Shown: in pieces, positions 54,202 through 61,758 of the stretch
Layout: every line of letters starts with the position of its first letter
Position numbering within the stretch: the first letter of the stretch is position 1
DNA from: Brevinematales bacterium
GTDB taxonomy: Bacteria; Spirochaetota; Brevinematia; Brevinematales; GWF1-51-8
Direction of reading: 5' to 3'
Assembly (NCBI GenBank): GCA_020059465.1
Contig: JAGVBZ010000014.1
Span: forward strand, 25,170-89,169
Length of the DNA stretch: 64,000 nucleotides
Made by a program: the position numbers and the translations under genes
The notes under the pieces: generated by a model
The model's input: the letters and a program-made list of their open reading frames with translations, nothing else
What the model was told of the DNA's origin: nothing
Database searches by the model: none

Positions 54202-54578
54202 ATCCGGGTAACGTTTTCCTGATTACCGCAGGCGCGGTAATGACTATCGGGGTGTTCGGCATCCTGACCCGCAGTAATATTATCAAGATACTGCTTTCGA
54301 TAAATATCCTCCAGACCGGCGTGAACCTTCTGATGATCGCGTTGGGATACAAGGAGGGCGCGGCCGCGCCGATTATCACCCAGCAGGTGACGAGCGCGGC
54401 GGCGATGGTCGATCCGCTCCCGCAGGCTCTCGTGCTGACTTCCATAGTCATCGCGTTCGGGACTACCGCGGTAGGCCTGGTGATCTGCCTGAATTATTTT
54501 CATACCCATAAATCGCTCGAGGTTCATTCGCTCGGTAACGAGGAACGGGAACATCAGCAGAAAGAGGTGGTCGAGTGA
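54198..54578 (+). CDS. MnhC/NuoK-like membrane subunit (MbxG position)
   Basis: GVFGILTRSNIIKILLSINILQTGVNLLMIALGY resembles MrpC/NuoK. Confidence 0.8.
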   Translation: MNPGNVFLITAGAVMTIGVFGILTRSNIIKILLSINILQTGVNLLMIALGYKEGAAAPIITQQVTSAAAMVDPLPQALVLTSIVIAFGTTAVGLVICLNYFHTHKSLEVHSLGNEEREHQQKEVVE

Positions 54579-56107
54579 AAGGTTTAAACCCCACACTGTT
54601 CCTTATACTGCCGCTGATAGCGGCGTTTCTCCTCCCGCTCGGAACAATTATTCATAAACGTTTCGGGAAACTCCTGAATGTGGTCACGTACGGAATCGGT
54701 ATCGCTATCGGGATCACCCTGCTCATGCCGACCCTGCTGACCGGAGGGACTGTCATCCAGATGGGCGGATGGCCCGCGCCGTACGGGATCGTACTCTACC
54801 TCGGCCCGTTGGCGCTCTGCGCAGGTATAATGATCTACCTGATCGCGCTCCTGATCGAGATCAATGATATAAATAAGTCACGGACGACGTACTTCCACCT
54901 GCTGTTCAATCTGTTCATCTTTGCGTCAATAGCGATGCTGATGACGTCCGACCTGTTCAATATGTTCGTAATGATGGAAATAGGAAGTATCGCAGTTGCG
55001 GGTATGGCATCGTCCGCGAGTATGCGGATGGGTTCGCGCGGCGGTTTCAAATATATCGTCATGAGCGGGCTGGTGTCGATGCTGATGCTGGCCGCAATCG
55101 GCCTCCTGTACTCCGCGACCGGAACACTGAATATCGCGCATCTCGCGTCCCGTACGTCCGACGTGCTCAACCCGTCGTTCGGGTTCATCGTGGGGCTGGG
55201 TCTGATGTTCGCGATGTTTTTCGAGACCGAGCAGTTCCCGTTCAATTCATGGGTGCCTGAAATCTACGAGGGCGCTCCGTCCTCGCTGACCGCCGCGATA
55301 TCGGGTATCGGCGGAATTGCCGCTGTGGGGGTATTCGGGAGGATTATCTTCACCCTGATACAGGGAGGCAGTATTTTCTACGGTATCTTCCCGAAACTCA
55401 GTCTGATTATATTCATAGTAGCGATAGCGAGCGTCCTGATAGGCGAGATCGCCGCGTTCAACGAGCAGAACCTCAAGAAGATGCTCGGCTTCTCGACAGT
55501 CGCGCAGTTCGGGCTGATCCTGATGGCGTTCGCGGCAGGCGGGCAGAACGGCGCGCTCGCCGGAATCTACCTTGTCCTGTCGCATACGGTCGCGAAACCC
55601 GCGCTTCTTTTTATCGCGGGATTCTTTTCGAAGGCGTCGGATAAGGGTAACTGGAAGGATATGAAGGGTATCGGGCGGAGGTTTCCGTTCCTCGGCGGTG
55701 CGTTCATCGCGCTGTCGCTGTCGATCATGGGGGTACCGATGTTCTTCGGGTTCTGGGGTAAGCTCGAGCTTCTTCAGACTCTGATATCCGGCAATATTTT
55801 AAGCAAGATCGCGTTCGGCGCGGTATTGCTGGGCGCTGTCTTCGAGGGGATTTACCTTCTCAGGGTGGGGCATTCGTTCTTCGAGAAGCCCGACGGCGCC
55901 GATGTGAAGAAATTCGACCCGAAGGGCGCGTTTATGACCGCGATTCCCGTACTGATCCTCGCGTTGATCGTTGTGGTGCTCGGGGTCTATCCCCAGAGCA
56001 TCGTCTGGTCGTTACAGAAAATCGCCGCCGATCTGGTGGATCGGACGCAATATATAGCTCATATCCTGCCGAACCTGATACCGGCAGTCCCGGGAGGCGG
56101 TCTATGA
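54575..56107 (+). CDS. MrpD/NuoN/NuoM-type proton-conducting antiporter-like subunit (MbxH position)
   Basis: 510-aa polytopic protein with the FNSWVPEIYEGAPS and MLGFSTVAQFG motifs typical of this family. Confidence 0.85.
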   Translation: MKGLNPTLFLILPLIAAFLLPLGTIIHKRFGKLLNVVTYGIGIAIGITLLMPTLLTGGTVIQMGGWPAPYGIVLYLGPLALCAGIMIYLIALLIEINDINKSRTTYFHLLFNLFIFASIAMLMTSDLFNMFVMMEIGSIAVAGMASSASMRMGSRGGFKYIVMSGLVSMLMLAAIGLLYSATGTLNIAHLASRTSDVLNPSFGFIVGLGLMFAMFFETEQFPFNSWVPEIYEGAPSSLTAAISGIGGIAAVGVFGRIIFTLIQGGSIFYGIFPKLSLIIFIVAIASVLIGEIAAFNEQNLKKMLGFSTVAQFGLILMAFAAGGQNGALAGIYLVLSHTVAKPALLFIAGFFSKASDKGNWKDMKGIGRRFPFLGGAFIALSLSIMGVPMFFGFWGKLELLQTLISGNILSKIAFGAVLLGAVFEGIYLLRVGHSFFEKPDGADVKKFDPKGAFMTAIPVLILALIVVVLGVYPQSIVWSLQKIAADLVDRTQYIAHILPNLIPAVPGGGL

Positions 56108-57999
56108 TCTGGACGGATTATATCCTCTTTTTAAATATCGCCGTACCCGTTGCGGTCGGCATAATCTCGCTCTTATTCTTCGGATGGGCGAAAAAAATCC
56201 AATGGATACTTTTTGCCCTGACAGTCGCGGTGCAGGCGTTCTTCGCGGTCTCTATGTTCGGCATGCCCGCGCATACGGAGACGATCTCCCTGCCGATTAC
56301 CGTGATGAACCTGAACCAGCTCGAACTGACGGTGCGGAACGGCGGGCTTGGTATGCTTTTCTTCCTGATTACCGTTGTCGTGACCGTAGTCATTTCAATG
56401 TTCTCACTCTCATATAACGATAAAGACCATGCGACGGCTATCGCGCCTTTATGGACGATGCTGATGGGCGCGAACGCGGGGATATTCTTCTCCGGGGACT
56501 GGGTGACATTCCTGCTCGCGTGGGAGCTGATGGGATGGACGTCGTTCTTCATCATCTCGCACGGGCGCGAGCGTTCCGGGAAGGCGGGGATGTACTACTT
56601 CGCGCAGTCGATGGTCGGGACTGCCGCTCTGCTGGCATTCGTGTTCATCGGGGTCGCGAACACCGGGTCGTTCGCCGTAAAAAATACGATCGCGTTCTAT
56701 ACCGGGCAATGGGCCTCCAATCCCGCGCTCGTGACAACCGCCGCGATTCTGCTCGTGCTGACATTCTTTACGAAATCGGCGGTATTTCCGTTCTTCATGT
56801 GGCCGTCGAAAGCCCACGCGGAGGCGCCGGACGATTTCTCGGCGTTCCTCTCGGGTATTATGATAAAATACGGCGTATTCGGTATGATCGTATTCCTCCT
56901 TCCGCTGTTTAGCGGGTATAACGGGCCGATGGTGTTCGACTCGCCCGTGTTCCTGTTCGTCGTCGGTGTTATCGGGATGTTTACCGCGCTATGGGGGACT
57001 CTCCACGCGATACGCGAGAACGATATGAAGCGGCTGATGGCGCATTCCACGGTATCGAATATCGGGTTTATACTGACCGCGTTATCGATAAATACAGCGC
57101 TCGGAATCGCCGCCGCCGTGTTCCACACGTTCAATCATATGATATTCAAGAGCAGTATCTTCCTCTCGATGGGGTCGGTCAAGTACCGCACCGGGGAGCG
57201 GGATATGCATAAACTCGGCGGGATGGCGTACAGGATGCCGCTGACGTTCTTTGTGTTCCTGCTGGGCATCATCGCTGCCGCGGGTATTCCCCCGATGAGC
57301 GGGTTCGCGTCGAAATGGATGGTGTTCCAGGCGATGTTCGAGAAACAATGGCTCCTTCCCGCGATAGTAGGGTTCTTCGCGTCCACCGCGGCGTTCCTCT
57401 ATCTTTACCGCGGACTGCACGCAATCTATCTCGGACAGCTTTCGCCGCGCTTCGAAAAGGTCAAGGAAGCCCCGTTCCTGCAGGCGGCGGCGCAGGCTAT
57501 CCTGATGCTCGCGGTGTTCGCCGTGGGGCTATTCCCCGGACTGGTACTGATACCGGTAAACAACACCCTCGCGGAACTCGGGATGAAGCCGCTAGAACTG
57601 GATTTATACAATATCAAGGGAGTGACCAGTTCGCTGAATATCACTTCGATAGGGCTGGCGTTCATGGGGGCGTTCGCGATAGTGTTCGTGCTCTTCCTGA
57701 TCGGGAAGAAGCGTCGCTATGTCAAGCAGATGGACACCTATACGTCCGGCGAAACCCCGTCCGACTGGGGTGTGAACGAGGATAAACTGCATTACGCATA
57801 TAACTTTTACGAACCGATAGAGAAGTTTTTCGAGCCGTTCCTGAACGGGTTCTCGATGGATAAGCTGTTCACCCGTATCGCGTACGAGGCGAAACGCGTC
57901 AGCAACGCGGTGCAGAAATGGTTTAACAGCCCTCAGACGGGTATTATCCTTCTCGGATTTCTCGCGGTGCTCGCATTGGCGCTCGGGAGGCTGTTATGA
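56104..57999 (+). CDS. MrpD/NuoL-type antiporter-like subunit with C-terminal extension (MbxH' position)
   Basis: 631 aa with WELMGWTSFF, FFMWPSKAHAEAPDDFSAFLSG and LMAHSTVSNIG motifs, plus an extra C-terminal helical segment. Confidence 0.85.
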   Translation: MIWTDYILFLNIAVPVAVGIISLLFFGWAKKIQWILFALTVAVQAFFAVSMFGMPAHTETISLPITVMNLNQLELTVRNGGLGMLFFLITVVVTVVISMFSLSYNDKDHATAIAPLWTMLMGANAGIFFSGDWVTFLLAWELMGWTSFFIISHGRERSGKAGMYYFAQSMVGTAALLAFVFIGVANTGSFAVKNTIAFYTGQWASNPALVTTAAILLVLTFFTKSAVFPFFMWPSKAHAEAPDDFSAFLSGIMIKYGVFGMIVFLLPLFSGYNGPMVFDSPVFLFVVGVIGMFTALWGTLHAIRENDMKRLMAHSTVSNIGFILTALSINTALGIAAAVFHTFNHMIFKSSIFLSMGSVKYRTGERDMHKLGGMAYRMPLTFFVFLLGIIAAAGIPPMSGFASKWMVFQAMFEKQWLLPAIVGFFASTAAFLYLYRGLHAIYLGQLSPRFEKVKEAPFLQAAAQAILMLAVFAVGLFPGLVLIPVNNTLAELGMKPLELDLYNIKGVTSSLNITSIGLAFMGAFAIVFVLFLIGKKRRYVKQMDTYTSGETPSDWGVNEDKLHYAYNFYEPIEKFFEPFLNGFSMDKLFTRIAYEAKRVSNAVQKWFNSPQTGIILLGFLAVLALALGRLL

Positions 58000-58892
58000 T
58001 GGAGGTATTGAACGTAATCGGCTACTCGTTCTTTGTGATGGCGGCCGGATTATTATATATGGGTATCGGGCGAAAGGTCGCGGCGCGTCTGCACAGGCGT
58101 TACGGGCCTCCGGTATGGCAGTGTTATGTCGACGTTGTCAAGTGCTTCTCGCGGAAGAGCATCTCGCATAACTTCATCATGGACCTCGGTTCGATGATGG
58201 GGCTTTCGGGGCTATTAGGAGCGGCGATGTTCATCCCGATCGCGGGATTCCTGCCATTCCCGTCACAGGGCCCGATCATCGTCATCCTATATCTCATGCC
58301 GATCGGCTACCTCGGTATGGCGATGGGCGTATCGGCGTCGGGCAATCCCCTTGCTGCGATCGGTATCGGAAGGGCGCTGACCCTGATGATCGGATACGAG
58401 GTACCGTTTGCGACCATCGTACTATCGTTTATCGCGACCTATTCCAGCACCGGGCTGGTGCCGCTTCAGGCGGTTCAGGCGGGCGGGATCGCGAACTGGC
58501 ACATGATGACCATGCCGTTCGGGTTTGCGGCGGCTTTGATCGCGCTGATGGGTATGCTCGGTAAGAAGCCGTTCGATACGATGATCGCGCCGTCGGAGAT
58601 CGCGTCCGGGCCGATGGTCGAGCTTTCGGGGAAATTCCTCGGGCTTGCGTTCCTCCAGCACGCCGCCGCGATATTTGTCGAGACCGGCTTGATCGTGTTG
58701 TTGTTTCTTGGCGGGGCGTCGAATGTCTTTGAGTTTATCGGGAAACAGGCCGCCGTATATATCGTGATGGCATCGCTCAGCGAGTTGTGGGCGCGTTACA
58801 GGGTAGAGCAGGCGACCAAGTTCCTGTGGATTTCCGCCGGATCGCTTGCGCTTGTCCAACTCGTTATCAACATGATAATCGGGAGGAAATAA
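57996..58892 (+). CDS. NuoH/HycD-like membrane subunit (MbxM position)
   Basis: GRKVAARLHRRYGPP and SGPMVELSG resemble complex I subunit 1 and formate hydrogenlyase subunit 4. Confidence 0.8.
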   Translation: MMEVLNVIGYSFFVMAAGLLYMGIGRKVAARLHRRYGPPVWQCYVDVVKCFSRKSISHNFIMDLGSMMGLSGLLGAAMFIPIAGFLPFPSQGPIIVILYLMPIGYLGMAMGVSASGNPLAAIGIGRALTLMIGYEVPFATIVLSFIATYSSTGLVPLQAVQAGGIANWHMMTMPFGFAAALIALMGMLGKKPFDTMIAPSEIASGPMVELSGKFLGLAFLQHAAAIFVETGLIVLLFLGGASNVFEFIGKQAAVYIVMASLSELWARYRVEQATKFLWISAGSLALVQLVINMIIGRK

Positions 58893-59449
58893 TGCTGAAA
58901 ATCAGCAGGGAAGAAATTATAGACGGGAAGTTCGAGCGGGTGCTGAACTTTTTCCGAAGCCGAAGCCTCTGGATGCTGTACTACTGTACCGGATGCGGCG
59001 CGGTGGAACTTCCGCCGACGATGACCAGCCGTTTCGATATGGAGCGTTTCGGGATCAGCCCGATGGCCACTCCGCGTCAGGCGGACATTTTATTGGTTAC
59101 GGGTTATGTGTCGGTAAAAACGTTAAAAAGAATCGTTTATTCGTACGAGCAGATGCCGGAGCCGAAGTGGGTCGTAGGGTTCGGGTCGTGCCCTGTCAAC
59201 GGCGGTATTTACTGGAACAGCTACGCGACCATCAACCAGCTTGATAAGTATATCCCGGTGGATATCAGTATCCCCGGATGCATGCCGCGCCCGCAGGCTG
59301 TGATCGACGGGCTTCTTTCGCTGATGGATTCGATCAAGAAGGGCGAGGCGGTGGGCTACAAGAAGTACAGGATGAATAACGATTGGTATAAAAAGAACCA
59401 GCGCGAGATACTTGAACGGACGAAACCGGTGCTGGGAGGAAAGAAATGA
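58892..59449 (+). CDS. NuoB/[NiFe]-hydrogenase small-subunit-like Fe-S subunit (MbxJ position)
   Basis: The ATG overlaps the previous stop (TAATG). Cluster ligands are YYCTGCGAVE, GSCPVNGG and PGCMPRP. Confidence 0.85.
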   Translation: MLKISREEIIDGKFERVLNFFRSRSLWMLYYCTGCGAVELPPTMTSRFDMERFGISPMATPRQADILLVTGYVSVKTLKRIVYSYEQMPEPKWVVGFGSCPVNGGIYWNSYATINQLDKYIPVDISIPGCMPRPQAVIDGLLSLMDSIKKGEAVGYKKYRMNNDWYKKNQREILERTKPVLGGKK

Positions 59450-59931
59450 CGAACAGGGATATGGCGGCCAAGATCGCAGGGGGATGGTCGGACGCGGAAG
59501 CGGTGCCCCGTTTCCATAACCAGATAGAGGTCACATGCGGCAATCCCGACACGATAGCGGGAATGCTCCATTATATTCAGTCCCTCGGATTCGAGCACAT
59601 GTCGAACCTGACCTGTGTGGATTGGCTTGAGGAGAACCGTTTCGACGTCACCTATAACCTCTGGTCGTACAAGTATAAGATTCAAGCGACAGTGAAAGCG
59701 GGAATCGACCGCGGCGAACCGAAAATCCCGACGGTCATGGATGTATGGCCGCAGGCGCAGGCGTACGAGCAGGAAATTCACGAAATGTTTGGGGTGGATT
59801 TTATCGGCAATCCCGACCTTTCGTCCCTATTCCTGCATAATTGGAAGGATATCCCGCCTCTGCGGAAGGATTTCGATACCGAGGCGTATTCTAAAGAGGC
59901 CTACGGCGCGCAACGTAATAAAGAGGTATAG
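59446..59931 (+). CDS. NuoC-like subunit (MbxK position)
   Basis: LTCVDWLEENRFDVTYNLWS...QAYEQEIHEMFGVDFIGNPD is the 30-kDa subunit signature. Confidence 0.8.
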   Translation: MTNRDMAAKIAGGWSDAEAVPRFHNQIEVTCGNPDTIAGMLHYIQSLGFEHMSNLTCVDWLEENRFDVTYNLWSYKYKIQATVKAGIDRGEPKIPTVMDVWPQAQAYEQEIHEMFGVDFIGNPDLSSLFLHNWKDIPPLRKDFDTEAYSKEAYGAQRNKEV

Positions 59932-59933
59932 CT

Positions 59934-61082
59934 ATGGAACCCGTATTTTACGAACTGACTAAACTCGCGCAGAACGACCAGTATACCACCTACGAGATGT
60001 TCTTCGGCCCGAACCACCCCGGCATGCACGGGAACTTCGGGTATGTTGTCGAGGCGGTAGGCGCGACCGTAGTGAAAGTCAGGGTGAACGCCGGACTCCT
60101 GCACCGCGGGTTCGAGAAGCTGATGGAGACCAAGGGATGGTTCCAGAACCTGAGCCTGATACCGCGTATCTGTGTGGTCGATCCCGACCCGAACGAGGTC
60201 GCGTACTGTATGGCGGCGGAACGGCTCTGCGGGATGGAAATCCCCGAGAAGGCGAAATACCTCCGCAGCCTGACGCTCGAAATGAGCCGGCTCACGTCGC
60301 TCCTGATGGGGATGGGCGCGCTCGGCGCGATGATGGGGCTTTACAGCTCGATGTACCGGATGATGACCGACCGCGATTATGTCCTCGACCTGTTCGAATG
60401 GCTCACCGGAGCGCGTATTTATCATATCTATAATGTTCCCGGCGGTGTCCGCAGGGATATCCCCGACGGATTCCTCGCGAAGCTGACGGAAGTCCTCGAT
60501 ACGTTGGAGTATAACCTGAAGGAATGGGACAACCTCGTATTCGAGAACCCTGTAGTGCATAAGCGTCTCACAGGGATAGGATATATCACCGCCGAAGAAG
60601 CGGTGCATTACGGCCTAGTCGGGCCGAATCTCCGCGCGACCGGGTTTCTCGCCGATGTGCGGAAGGACGACCCGTATGCCGCGTATCCGTACCTCGATTT
60701 CGAGACCCCTGTCACTCATGGAGGGGACGCGCTCGCGAGAGCGGTTCAGGTACGGAAAGAGTATGAGATGTCTATTAAACTGGTACGCCAGATTATAAAA
60801 AAGATGCCGAAATCGAAGGAAATCCGCCTGAAGGCTGGGAATACCCTGAAGTTTGTCGTACCTCCCGGCGATACATACGCGCGTGTGGAGTCGTCGAAGG
60901 GCGAGTACGGGTATTATGTCGTATCGGACGGCGGACTGAAACCGTACCGGGTATCGGTACGCGGGCCGTCGCTTCCGGCGGGGCTGACGCTCTGCCATAA
61001 GCACCTGCCGGGCATGGATATTTCGGATGTGGCGATATGGATGGCGAGTTACGCCGTATGTCCGCCGGATATAGACCGCTAA
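59934..61082 (+). CDS. NuoD/[NiFe]-hydrogenase large-subunit homologue lacking a complete NiFe site (MbxL position)
   Basis: FGPNHPGMHG, HRGFEKL and ESSKGEYGYYVVSDG motifs. The N-terminal site reads RICVVD and the C-terminus reads VCPPDIDR. Confidence 0.85.
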   Translation: MEPVFYELTKLAQNDQYTTYEMFFGPNHPGMHGNFGYVVEAVGATVVKVRVNAGLLHRGFEKLMETKGWFQNLSLIPRICVVDPDPNEVAYCMAAERLCGMEIPEKAKYLRSLTLEMSRLTSLLMGMGALGAMMGLYSSMYRMMTDRDYVLDLFEWLTGARIYHIYNVPGGVRRDIPDGFLAKLTEVLDTLEYNLKEWDNLVFENPVVHKRLTGIGYITAEEAVHYGLVGPNLRATGFLADVRKDDPYAAYPYLDFETPVTHGGDALARAVQVRKEYEMSIKLVRQIIKKMPKSKEIRLKAGNTLKFVVPPGDTYARVESSKGEYGYYVVSDGGLKPYRVSVRGPSLPAGLTLCHKHLPGMDISDVAIWMASYAVCPPDIDR

Positions 61083-61166
61083 GTCCTGCGGACGGCTAAT
61101 CCCGATATCGCGCGTGTGTTTAAGGATATATTAATAGCCCGTGATGAGGGGCACGATATAAGCATG

Positions 61167-61714
61167 GTCATCCTGAGCCGGTCGAAGGATGCCACTGCGA
61201 GCGAAAGCGAAGCAGCCGGTAGATTGCTTCGTCACACTGTTCCTCGCAATGACAGGGGATTTCCCTGAGTGTACCTCGGCAATGCTCGGCGTGACGGACG
61301 GGATGACTGGTGGGATGAATGAGAATTGTCATCCTGAGCCGGTCGAAGGATGTCACTGCGGGACGCGCAGAGGTGATGCAGTCGGTGATGACAGATTGCT
61401 TCGTCACTCTGTTCCTCGCAATGACAGGGGATTTCCCTGAGTGTAACTCGACAGGCTCGGCGGGACGGATGGGATGACTAGCGGGATGAATGAGAATTGT
61501 CATCCTGAGCCGGTCGAAGGATGTTACTGCGAGCGAAAGCGAAGCAGCCGGTAGATTGCTTCGTCACTTTGTTCCTCGCAATGACAGGGGATTTCCCAGA
61601 GTGTATCTCGGCAATGCTCGGCGTGACGAATGGGATGACTGGCGGGATGAATGAAAATTGTCATCCTGAGCCGGTCGAAGGATGTCACTGCGAGCGAAAG
61701 CGAAGCAGTCTGAG
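61167..61714. repeat. tandem array (3.3 copies) of a 161-171-bp hairpin-forming REP/MITE-like repeat
   Basis: Units start at 61167, 61328, 61499 and 61660 with gtcatcctgagccggtcgaaggatg. Each holds the imperfect palindrome gtcactgcgagcgaaagcgaagca...tgcttcgtcac..ttcctcgcaatgac. Confidence 0.9.
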
Positions 61715-61758
61715 AAATATGTATGATTTTTCACGTGTTACCGATATAGGAGGAACGC

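Noticed and set aside
59934-61082. Calling the 382-aa subunit a [NiFe] hydrogenase large subunit
   Set aside because: Only one Cys remains in each of the two CxxC ligand pairs (CVVD, CPPD), and no hyp/maturation protease genes are nearby.
61167-61714. Possible CRISPR array
   Set aside because: The units are 161-171 bp and similar along their whole length, with no short repeat/unique spacer alternation. No cas genes are in the window.
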